The translations under genes and the position numbers were made by a program. The notes below the pieces were generated by a model. The model saw only the letters and a list, made by a program, of their open reading frames with translations, did no database searches and was not told the origin of the DNA. From positions 124,001 to 188,000 of IMG/VR virus record IMGVR_UViG_3300047157_000197: 64,000 nucleotides of DNA; one strand, 5' to 3'. Position 1 is the first letter of the stretch. Each line of letters begins with the position of its first letter. Shown here in pieces: positions 48,878 through 57,429 of the stretch.

Positions 48878-49058
48878 TTGGTATTATACAGAGATGGGTT
48901 CTCGTAATAAAAAGACTGGTAAGTTATCTTACTACCAAGTAAAAGTAACTGATTACAAGATTGATGATTGTAATTGTAAGGCAAGAGAATTTCGTTCTTA
49001 TTCACCTTGTAAACACATGAAAAGATTACACGAAAAATTAACACACTTAAGTATATAA
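48867..49058 (+). CDS. SWIM-type zinc-finger protein
   Basis: CNCKAREFRSYSPCKHM (CxC...CxH). Confidence 0.7.
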   Translation: MTNSWYYTEMGSRNKKTGKLSYYQVKVTDYKIDDCNCKAREFRSYSPCKHMKRLHEKLTHLSI

Positions 49059-49059
49059 A

Positions 49060-49854
49060 ATGCCAGAAATATCCGAAGTACGACTTACATCTGAGTGGAT
49101 TACTCAAAAAAATAAAAGGAGAACAATTACAGAAGTAGAATATCTTTCCTCTAATAAACTAAAAATGGTAGAGGAAATTGATGTAATAGGAAAAACTTTA
49201 TCCGCAACTAGTAGAGGAAAAGAATTAAGACTTGAATTCGATTTTGAACCAGTTGTTATTACATTAGGTATGAGTGGTGGATTTAAAAACTACAAAGAAC
49301 GAAGTGATGATTCAGATAAACATTGGAAACATTCTCATATCAGATTTAAGATGTCAGATGGTGATTGGTTTACTTGGTCTGATATTCGTAGATTTGGTAA
49401 ATCACTTGGTGATACTTGGGGAACGAAACGAGGACCAGATATTTTTGATGAAGAAGAAGAATTTAGAAAGAACATTGTAAATAATATAGAACATAGAGAT
49501 TTTAATAAACCTGCACATGAAGTTTTAATGAACCAACAATGGTTTAATGGAATTGGAAACTATCTTAGAGCAGAGATTCTTGGTAAGTGGGATGTAAATC
49601 CTTTTCAACCAATGAGAAATATTATAAATACACCATTTTTAGACCATTTAATAGAACAAGTACATTGGTCATATCGATTAGGTGGTGGACAATTATATAC
49701 TTGGATGAATGAAAATGAATCTGCAATTGATTCCAATTTAACTTGGAATGATTGGATGCAATTTTATGGTAAACAAGAATCAATGAAAGATAAACAAAAA
49801 AGAACCTTTTGGTTTAATAAAAAATATTCAAAAAATTTGGATATAACAAAATAA
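49060..49854 (+). CDS. Fpg/Nei-family DNA glycosylase/AP lyase, NEIL1-like (zinc-less finger)
   Basis: N-terminal MPE, RGKEL, LGMSG, DIRRFG, H2TH FNGIGNYLRAEIL; Cys-free C-terminal DKQKRTFWF. Confidence 0.9.
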   Translation: MPEISEVRLTSEWITQKNKRRTITEVEYLSSNKLKMVEEIDVIGKTLSATSRGKELRLEFDFEPVVITLGMSGGFKNYKERSDDSDKHWKHSHIRFKMSDGDWFTWSDIRRFGKSLGDTWGTKRGPDIFDEEEEFRKNIVNNIEHRDFNKPAHEVLMNQQWFNGIGNYLRAEILGKWDVNPFQPMRNIINTPFLDHLIEQVHWSYRLGGGQLYTWMNENESAIDSNLTWNDWMQFYGKQESMKDKQKRTFWFNKKYSKNLDITK

Positions 49855-49869
49855 TTTTGTATATTAGTA
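49835..49869 (+). repeat. 35-bp direct repeat, left (promoter-like)
   Basis: ATTTGGATATAACAAAATAATTTTGTATATTAGTA; 33/35 identical to 51813-51847. Confidence 0.75.
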
Positions 49870-49928
49870 GCTTCAAATGTGAAAGTTTTACATTAATTAC
49901 TCCAAATTTAAAAAAAAATACAAATAAA

Positions 49929-49960
49929 TTTGGAATTGTAAAAATAATTTCGTATATTTG
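49929..49960 (+). promoter_or_regulatory. Bacteroidetes-type promoter
   Basis: TTTG(49929)-N20-TATATTTG(49953). Confidence 0.75.
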
Positions 49961-49979
49961 TATAAATAAATTAAGAAAA

Positions 49980-51707
49980 TTGAGATTTAACAATCTAAAC
50001 GCCCTAGCAGAAGCAAAGTACGCAACGGCCGTAGGAAAGTTGGACAACCCTACACAACAGAAGGTCCAGTCATTTATTAACGAACAAATCGAAATCGAAA
50101 TGAAGTCGATGAGTGACGTGTTATCTGCAACACAACAACAAAATCAGAAACTACAATTCAATCCATTAAAGTTATGGTTTGAAGGTATAACCAACATTCC
50201 ACTAGGAGTGACCGATATCTACTTCGATATTGAGAAGGTTAAGAACAAGGGATATGAAATCCACATCAGACAAGTTGGACCAGGAACAACACTTGAGACA
50301 ATTAACGGTAATTTACTTGACTCCAAAACGGTTGAATCACAAGTATTCATTCGTAAGGATAACAAATCAGGCTCAATCTATGGGTCTGGTATTGGTACAC
50401 AGTCCCAATACACAAGTAAACTTATCTACAAAGTTAAAACCAAAGGAATGGATTCATTCCATTGTTGGGATGTATTAACCGGTAAAACTTGGTTTGATGA
50501 TAAATTATCTCACGAGAGTGGGGTAATTATCGAGATGTTTGTACCATACTCTCAAAAAATGGTTAGTTATGAAAGATTTATCGATGATTTAAGATGGATG
50601 ATTTCTTTCTACGATAACAAAAACCTTGTTGGGAACAATAGTAGAACCTATCATATTGAAGCTCAAGGTTTCGATACTGGTGGTAATGATAGATTATCCT
50701 TACCAATTCACCCAACTGCAACCAATTGGGTACAACCAGATGGTAAGATTACAAAGATTCCATCATACACACACCTTACTTTAAATAAGAAAGTTTTTAA
50801 GGAACTTCCTATAATTGTTCCACATGATGATGGTGACAAGACAGTTTTACTTACAAACTTTAAGTTTGGTAAAAGAGCTGATAATTACAGAAAATCAGCT
50901 GGAGGTGAACAATGGAAAATCCCATCAAAGATAACTGGTGATATTCCTCAACTAATTGTTTACTATAAAGATTCTAAACAAATAGCGTTTACATTACCAC
51001 TTAGAGGAAACTCTGGTTTAACATCCCTTAACAATGTTACTTTAGAATGTGAAATAGCAAAGGATGATTTAAGACCCTTCTTTACTTCAACTGATAAGTT
51101 CGGTGATATTCAAGGAGTACTTAAAGCAACTTTATTCAATGAGTTAAGACAGTATCTGTTAGATAGATATCCAGATAATGATTTACTAGAAAGAGCAGTT
51201 CAACTATGGTTGTATGCTGTAATCGTTAATGATTTTGGTGGTAAGAATAACGCTAACAATCTTAGAAATTATTATGGTTGGGGATTCTTAAATAATATGA
51301 CTCCACTCAAAAGAACCAAATTCGTAATAATGGAATATGATTCAGATGAAGGTAGACAGGATTTTAGAATCTTTCTCGTTGGTGATACCAATAATAAGAT
51401 TACTAAGTTTACTAAGAGTTGTATTATTGAAGTAAAGAGAAGTGATTTCAATAGAAGAGATACTAATCAATCAATGGGTTACATTACAACGACAGTTAAC
51501 GCAACACAAATTGTTGGAGTTTCATTAAACATCAAAACAAAGAATGATAAATTATTTAAAGAATTCTTTGCTAAAGCGAATGGAACAGGTCAGTTAACAA
51601 GTGATATCAAGTATGATTTGATGGAAGTTGCTGATTGGGGATTCGAGGACGATGTTAAAGATTCGTTTACTTCTGAGGCTTTGGTTGAAAAAAACAGTAA
51701 GAAATAA
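49980..51707 (+). CDS. Divergent GHKL (MORC/Hsp90-like) ATPase fused to a C-terminal PD-(D/E)XK nuclease domain
   Basis: LWFEGITN (N box), IRQVGPG (G1), SGSIYGSGIG (G2), SGVIIEM (G3); C-terminal RQDFRIF...IIEVKR....DTNQSMGY. Start probably TTG 49980 (after the promoter) or ATG 50100. Confidence 0.55.
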   Translation: MRFNNLNALAEAKYATAVGKLDNPTQQKVQSFINEQIEIEMKSMSDVLSATQQQNQKLQFNPLKLWFEGITNIPLGVTDIYFDIEKVKNKGYEIHIRQVGPGTTLETINGNLLDSKTVESQVFIRKDNKSGSIYGSGIGTQSQYTSKLIYKVKTKGMDSFHCWDVLTGKTWFDDKLSHESGVIIEMFVPYSQKMVSYERFIDDLRWMISFYDNKNLVGNNSRTYHIEAQGFDTGGNDRLSLPIHPTATNWVQPDGKITKIPSYTHLTLNKKVFKELPIIVPHDDGDKTVLLTNFKFGKRADNYRKSAGGEQWKIPSKITGDIPQLIVYYKDSKQIAFTLPLRGNSGLTSLNNVTLECEIAKDDLRPFFTSTDKFGDIQGVLKATLFNELRQYLLDRYPDNDLLERAVQLWLYAVIVNDFGGKNNANNLRNYYGWGFLNNMTPLKRTKFVIMEYDSDEGRQDFRIFLVGDTNNKITKFTKSCIIEVKRSDFNRRDTNQSMGYITTTVNATQIVGVSLNIKTKNDKLFKEFFAKANGTGQLTSDIKYDLMEVADWGFEDDVKDSFTSEALVEKNSKK

Positions 51708-51721
51708 CATAAGTTATAAAA

Positions 51722-51771
51722 GAGATAGAAACGCATTCCGAAAAAAAGTAAGAATGCGTAATCTCAATTTT
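51722..51771 (+). terminator. Hairpin/terminator after the GHKL-nuclease gene
   Basis: GAGAT..ACGCATTC-loop-GAATGCGT.ATCTC followed by AATTTT. Confidence 0.55.
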
Positions 51772-51812
51772 AAAAGAAAATTAAAAACAACTAAATAAAT
51801 AAATTATAAAAT

Positions 51813-51847
51813 ATTTGGATATAATAAAATAATTTTGTATATTTGTA
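51813..51847 (+). promoter_or_regulatory. Bacteroidetes-type promoter; also the right 35-bp direct repeat
   Basis: TTTG(51814)-N20-TATATTTG(51838). Confidence 0.75.
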
Positions 51848-51864
51848 TAAATAAAATTTAAATA

Positions 51865-52293
51865 ATGAATAAGATAATAAAAAAAGAAAGTAAAAACCAC
51901 AAATTTAACCCAATTAAAGTAGAACCCCAATATGATGAGGTTATTGCATATGATAATCCAAAAGTGGTTGAGGAAATGGAAAAACAATGGCCTGAAATGA
52001 CGGCAGAGTTTAAAAGAATTATGTTTACACAATATGAATTATTTTGTTTAAAACAATCTAACTATGGACCAGATAATATTTCGGTTGGTAGTAATTTAGA
52101 AACAGAACAAGAAAAGAAAGTATCTCTTACAGGTCTTTGGTTTAGAATGAATGATAAAATTCAAAGATTAAAACAATTAGTTGTATTAGGTAAACAAGAT
52201 AATATAGGTGAATCATGTGAAGATACCTTCCAAGATTTATCAGTATATGGAATCATTGCTCAACTCGTTTCAAGTGGAAAATGGGCTAAGTAA
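51865..52293 (+). CDS. Nucleotide-modification-associated domain 1 (DUF1599/Nmad1-like) protein
   Basis: KQSNYGPDNI...RMNDKIQRLKQL...ESCEDTFQDLSVYGII. Confidence 0.7.
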   Translation: MNKIIKKESKNHKFNPIKVEPQYDEVIAYDNPKVVEEMEKQWPEMTAEFKRIMFTQYELFCLKQSNYGPDNISVGSNLETEQEKKVSLTGLWFRMNDKIQRLKQLVVLGKQDNIGESCEDTFQDLSVYGIIAQLVSSGKWAK

Positions 52294-52429
52294 AATGTTA
52301 ATAAGTAATCATAAAAATTCGGTGGTTTTTGTGATTTCTTTATATTTATATATACACCGAGTGTTACTAGTTTAGCACTCAAAACTTTAAACTTAAACAA
52401 TTAATAATTAACACTAAAAGGTAAAAATC

Positions 52430-53233
52430 ATGGCTTTAGACATTAACGCAATCAGAAGTAGACTGAACAAACTACAAAACACACAAAGAAAATCAGATTC
52501 ACTATGGAAACCAACTCCAGGTAAACATCAAGTAAGGGTAGTTCCTTACAAATTCGATAAGGATAATCCATTTATCGAATTGTATTTTCACTACAACATT
52601 AACAACAAAACTTATTTATCACCACAATCATTTGGTAGACCAGACCCTATTGTAGAGTTTGCGGATAAACTAAAAAGAATGGGAGATAAAGAAGATTGGA
52701 AAGCAGCAAAGGCTATGGAGCCTAAGTTGAGAACTTTCGTACCTGTTGTTGTAAGAGGTGAAGAAGGCGAAGGAGTTCGTTTTTGGGGATTTGGTAAAAC
52801 AGTATATCAAGAAATTCTTGGGTATATTGCTGATCCAGATTATGGAGACATTACAGACCCAACAAGTGGTAGAGATTTAACAATCGAGTATAAATCAGCA
52901 GAAGAAGCTGGAACTACTTATCCAACTACTACTATTAGAGTTAAACCAAATGAAACACCAGTGAGTGAAGATGCTACAAAAGCAACTGCATTTATTGAAA
53001 ATCAAACTGAAATTACAGATTTATATTCTGAATTATCTTATGATGAATTAAAATCAGTATTAGAGGGATGGTTAAATCCAAGTGGTGAAGGAAAGGAAGA
53101 AACTGTATCTCAGTCTACTTTATCTCAAAGTAAACCAGTACAATCTACACCAACTACACCAAAAGCAGAAGTCAACGCTCCTCAGAAAACTGATGATGTT
53201 GCAGCTGCATTTGATGACTTATTTAACAACTAA
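52430..53233 (+). CDS. Single-stranded DNA-binding protein (T4 gp32-like)
   Basis: WKPTPGKHQVRVVP, FWGFGKTVYQEI, DITDPTSGRDL, acidic tail AFDDLFNN; precedes the recombinase. Confidence 0.8.
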   Translation: MALDINAIRSRLNKLQNTQRKSDSLWKPTPGKHQVRVVPYKFDKDNPFIELYFHYNINNKTYLSPQSFGRPDPIVEFADKLKRMGDKEDWKAAKAMEPKLRTFVPVVVRGEEGEGVRFWGFGKTVYQEILGYIADPDYGDITDPTSGRDLTIEYKSAEEAGTTYPTTTIRVKPNETPVSEDATKATAFIENQTEITDLYSELSYDELKSVLEGWLNPSGEGKEETVSQSTLSQSKPVQSTPTTPKAEVNAPQKTDDVAAAFDDLFNN

Positions 53234-53243
53234 ATCAAACTAA

Positions 53244-54371
53244 ATGGCGAAAAAGAAAGCAGTAAAAGAACTGGACCTAGCAGATATTCTGGCAGGTGAG
53301 TTAAACAAACAATCCAAAGAACAGAAAGTAGCATTTTTCTTAGATTCCGATGAAGCACCTACTAATGTAGAAGGCTGGGTATCGACTGGATGTGCTATGT
53401 TGGATGTTGCTATTTCTAATCGTCCTTTTGGTGGTTTACCCGTTGGAAGAATTACAGAAATAACAGGTTTAGAACAAAGTGGAAAATCATTAGTATCGGC
53501 ACACCTCCTTGCGGAAACACAAAAGTTAGGTGGTGTTGCTGTTCTTATTGATACAGAAACTGCAGTAAGTAGAGAATTTTTAGAAGCAATCGGTGTTGAC
53601 GTTTCTAAACTTCTATATGTAACCGCAGATTCGGTTGAACAGATTTTTGACTTTACTGAAACTATTATTGAAAAAGTTCGTGAAACATCTAAAGATAAAA
53701 TTGTAACTATCGTAGTAGATTCAGTTGCAGCAGCATCAACCAAAACAGAACTAGCAGCTGATTATGGTAAAGATGGATATGCTACTGATAAAGCAATTAT
53801 TATCTCCAAAGCAATGAGAAAGATTACCAATATGATTGGTAGACAAAAAATCTCATTAGTGTTCACAAACCAACTTAGACAGAAGATGAATGCCATGCCA
53901 TTCGGTGACCCATGGACTACAAGTGGTGGAAAAGCTCTTGCTTTTCATGCATCTGTAAGATTGAGGTTGAAAGGTATGGGACAAATCAAACAAAAGGTAA
54001 ACGGTAACGATAGGACAGTTGGAATGAAAGTAAGATGTCAAGTAGTAAAAAACAGAATGGGTCCTCCATTGAGAGCAACTGATTTTGAGATTTACTTTGA
54101 CAGAGGTATCGATAACTACGGTTCGTGGTTAAAGGTAATGAAAGAAAACAAATTGGTAAAACAAGCAGGAGCTTGGTACACATATGTAGATACCGAAACT
54201 GGTGAAGAAATTAAATTTCAATCTAAAGATTTCATAGATATTATGGAAGATAGAGATTCAGTTAGAGAACAAATTTACAAGAAAATATGTGAAGAATCAA
54301 TATTACAATATAAAACAGATACTAAAGATATTGATTCACTAGTACACGACCCTAATTTAATACCAGAATAA
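53244..54371 (+). CDS. recA: RecA/UvsX recombinase
   Basis: GRITEITGLEQSGKS, IDTE, VVDSVAA, FTNQLR, TSGGKALAFHASVRL, VKNRMGPP. Confidence 0.95.
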   Translation: MAKKKAVKELDLADILAGELNKQSKEQKVAFFLDSDEAPTNVEGWVSTGCAMLDVAISNRPFGGLPVGRITEITGLEQSGKSLVSAHLLAETQKLGGVAVLIDTETAVSREFLEAIGVDVSKLLYVTADSVEQIFDFTETIIEKVRETSKDKIVTIVVDSVAAASTKTELAADYGKDGYATDKAIIISKAMRKITNMIGRQKISLVFTNQLRQKMNAMPFGDPWTTSGGKALAFHASVRLRLKGMGQIKQKVNGNDRTVGMKVRCQVVKNRMGPPLRATDFEIYFDRGIDNYGSWLKVMKENKLVKQAGAWYTYVDTETGEEIKFQSKDFIDIMEDRDSVREQIYKKICEESILQYKTDTKDIDSLVHDPNLIPE

Positions 54372-54377
54372 ATAATT

Positions 54378-54605
54378 ATGAATAAAAAGTTATATACAAT
54401 GTTAAAAAGTAGTGCTGAGGCTGATAAAGCCAAAGCTCTACTTTCTTTAGACCTTCTTGGAAACAAATCAGTTGGTATCGGCGACCATTCTACTGAAGAT
54501 TTCTACAAAAATGCAGAGGAAGCTCTGATTAAATTAGTAGATGCAGATGATAGATTAAATGCATTAGAAGATTATTTTGAAGAAGATTTAAAAGAAGTTT
54601 TATGA
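54378..54605 (+). CDS. Conserved hypothetical protein
   Basis: 75 aa; VGIGDHST motif. Confidence 0.6.
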   Translation: MNKKLYTMLKSSAEADKAKALLSLDLLGNKSVGIGDHSTEDFYKNAEEALIKLVDADDRLNALEDYFEEDLKEVL

Positions 54606-55658
54606 AAGAACTATACAAGAACATATTAGAGTCAGTTGAAACTGATAGAACTCAAAATATCGATAAACACAAGAATTCTCGTGTATTAATTATTGATGGG
54701 TTAAATACATTTATTAGATGTTGGACATCTATACCAACTATGAATGATGATGGAGACCATGTTGCAGGAGTAACTGGTAGTCCTACGTTCTATTGGATAT
54801 GCAATCAGACAAACTCAACCGACTCGAGTTGTTGTTGTTTTTGATGGAAAAAATGGTTCACAGAGTAGAAAAAAAATATATCCTGAATATAAGGCTGGAA
54901 GAGATAAAAACAAACTTAGAGTAAATCGTCAGTACGCTGATATGATGAACGATGAGGATGAAAGAGAATCTATGAAACGTCAGTATGTTTGGTTAATGGA
55001 AATGATGCATGAACTTCCACTTACTACTATGATATACGATGGTGTAGAAGCAGATGATATTATGGCATATATTCCAACTAAAATTTTAAAAGAAGGAGAA
55101 CAAGCTGTAGTTATGTCAACTGATAAAGATTTTTTACAATTAGTTGATGAAGATACAATTGTTTGGTCACCTACTAAAAAGAAAATTTATAATACAAATC
55201 GAATCAAAGAAGAATTTGGTTTAGACCCAAAAAATTTATTACTTTATAGAGTACTTGATGGTGATAAATCAGATAATATACCAGGTGTATATGGATGTGG
55301 TATTAAAACACTTCTAAAGAGGTTTCCAGAACTTACAGATGATAATGAACTATCCGTTGATAATTTACTTGAACTGGCAGAACAAAAAAAGGAAGAAACT
55401 AAAGGTAAGATTAAATTATACAATGATATCTTAGAATCTAAAAAACAGATTATCATGAATGAGAAATTAATGCAATTAAAAGATGTTGATATCTCAGGTC
55501 AAATAAAAATGAATGTTTTAGATAGATTTAATGAAGATATCAAACCATTAAATAAAATAGATTTCCTGAAAGTTTGTTTGAAATATAAAGTTACAGATAA
55601 ATTTGGAGACCTGAATTCTTGGTTGAAAGATACTTTTGGTAATTTAATAACTGATTAA
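54602..55658 (+). CDS. 5'-3' exonuclease/RNase H (FEN/PolI N-terminal family), about 351 aa, split by one extra base near 54779
   Basis: LIIDGLNTFIR in the first ORF; removing one base gives VTGVLRSIGYAI...VVFDGK...YKAGR, joining EADD, STDKDFLQL and GDKSDNIPGV. Confidence 0.85.
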
Positions 55659-55690
55659 TTTGGATATTAAAAATAAATTTCGTATATTTG
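55659..55690 (+). promoter_or_regulatory. Bacteroidetes-type promoter
   Basis: TTTG-N20-TATATTTG. Confidence 0.75.
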
Positions 55691-55713
55691 TATAAGTTTT
55701 AAAAACCCAATCA

Positions 55714-57078
55714 ATGCAAGAACAAAAAGTAGATACATTATCGAAATACGGGCAATCATTTCAATCAAAGGTTGTATCTGCACTTCTTACTGATACTAAG
55801 TTCCTCGATACAATAGGGGAAATAACCACTCCTAAGTTCTTTGAGAACGATGCTAACAAGTGGATTATATCCGAGATACTTGATTATCACAATGAGTACA
55901 AAAAAGCTCCTACATTAGATGTATTTAAGGTACAGTTATCAAAAGTAGATAATGATATTCTTAAAAAAACTGTAATAGACCAGTTAAAGCATGTTCATAC
56001 ACAAATTGGTAATGTAGATTTAGATTATATTAAAAATGAATTTAAAGATTTTTGTATAAATCAAAATCTTAAGGGAGTAATTCTACGTTCAGTTGATTTA
56101 TTACAAGCTGGTTCTTATGATAGAATCAAAGATTTAGTAGATGCTGCAATGAAAGTTGGTAATGAAACGGATTTAGGATTAGATTATAAAAACGATTTCG
56201 ATGAACGAATGGAAGATTTAAATCGTTCAACCGTTGCAACTAATTGGAAACCTATAAATGATTTAATGGATGGTGGATTAGGACCTGGAGAACTTGGTGT
56301 AATCGTTGCTCCATCTGGTGTAGGTAAAACATGGATACTTACTGCACTTGGTGCAGATGCAGTTAGAAATGGTTTAAGTGTGGTTCATTACTCAATGGAA
56401 TTATCAGAACATTATGTTGGTGCTAGATATGATACTGTATTTACTCAAATACCATCAACAGATTTGAAAGATAAAAAAGAAGAAGTTAAATCAAAGATAC
56501 AATCATTACAAGGAAAGTTACTTATTAAGTATTTCCCTCCAAAGGGTGTTTCTGTTAAGAAATTAAATCAACATATTGAAAAGATGATTGCTTCTGGTAA
56601 CAAACCAGATTTAATCATTGTAGATTATGCAGATTTACTATTATCAGATTCAAACAAAACTGATTCAACTTATGCAGAACAAGGTGGTGTTTATATTGAC
56701 CTTCGTGGTATGGGCGGACATTTAGAAATCCCAATATGGACAGCATCTCAAACCAATCGTTCAGCAATTGATTCAGAAGTAATTGAAGCAGATAAGATTG
56801 CAGATTCTTATGCTAAAGTAATGAATGCAGATTTCATTATGAGTTGGAGTAGAAAATCAAAAGATAAATTGAATGATACTGCAAGAGCTCACATTATGAA
56901 AAACAGATTTGGACCTGATGGAATTACGTTTCCATGTAAGATGAATACGAATACAGGTTACATTGAAGTATATGATGGTAATTCACCAGATGGTGTAATT
57001 GCAACAAAACAATCTGCAAGTGGACAATTAGAAACTAAAAAACTCCTACATAAGAAATATGTGGAAAATATGGGGTAA
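55714..57078 (+). CDS. Replicative DnaB-like helicase (T4 gp41-like)
   Basis: APSGVGKT, SMEL, IIVDYADLL, TASQTNR, KNRFGPDG. Confidence 0.92.
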   Translation: MQEQKVDTLSKYGQSFQSKVVSALLTDTKFLDTIGEITTPKFFENDANKWIISEILDYHNEYKKAPTLDVFKVQLSKVDNDILKKTVIDQLKHVHTQIGNVDLDYIKNEFKDFCINQNLKGVILRSVDLLQAGSYDRIKDLVDAAMKVGNETDLGLDYKNDFDERMEDLNRSTVATNWKPINDLMDGGLGPGELGVIVAPSGVGKTWILTALGADAVRNGLSVVHYSMELSEHYVGARYDTVFTQIPSTDLKDKKEEVKSKIQSLQGKLLIKYFPPKGVSVKKLNQHIEKMIASGNKPDLIIVDYADLLLSDSNKTDSTYAEQGGVYIDLRGMGGHLEIPIWTASQTNRSAIDSEVIEADKIADSYAKVMNADFIMSWSRKSKDKLNDTARAHIMKNRFGPDGITFPCKMNTNTGYIEVYDGNSPDGVIATKQSASGQLETKKLLHKKYVENMG

Positions 57079-57248
57079 CCCTATCAAAAAAATTATAACA
57101 TAGTTATGATAAAAGTAGTATATGTGTAAAAATGAATAAACACAAAAAAAAATTATAAAAATTAATATCGTTTTTCAATATATACTATAATTATAAACAC
57201 GACCAAACAATTGGTCACTTCAAACACAAATTAAAAAAAATAAAATTT

Positions 57249-57419
57249 ATGGCAAATTCACAAGAATTATTTGAACAGATTAAAGATTTATTCGTTCAAT
57301 TCGAAACAGAACACAATGGTGGTTCTAAAGCAGCTAAATCAAGAGCAAGAAAAGCAATTGGTGAAGTTAAAAAATTAGTAACAGATTATAGAAAAGCTTC
57401 AGTAGAAGAATCAAAATAA
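57249..57419 (+). CDS. Histone H1-like protein (Hc1 family, Bacteroidetes type), 56 aa, not in the ORF track
   Basis: MANSQELFEQIKDLFVQFETEHNGGSKAAKSRARKAIGEVKKLVTDYRKASVEESK, containing the G.KAA..RARK...L....RK.S signature. Confidence 0.75.
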   Translation: MANSQELFEQIKDLFVQFETEHNGGSKAAKSRARKAIGEVKKLVTDYRKASVEESK

Positions 57420-57429
57420 TTAAATTACT

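Noticed and set aside
49857-49979. N-terminal extension of the 616-aa ORF
   Set aside because: It spans two promoter motifs and AT-rich intergenic-like sequence; the true start is more likely 49980 or 50100.
49976-51771. Retron or IS element suggested by the 12-bp inverted repeat
   Set aside because: No reverse transcriptase or transposase motifs in the enclosed protein; kept only as an RNA-pairing or cassette hypothesis.
53240-53743. 167-aa minus-strand ORF and the other short minus-strand or nested ORFs in the track
   Set aside because: They overlap well-supported + strand genes and reflect codon bias; no independent evidence.
57079-57248. tRNA or other ncRNA gene in the longer intergenic gaps
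   Set aside because: AT-rich with no cloverleaf or T-loop (GTTCRA) context; no tRNA recognised anywhere in the window by eye.
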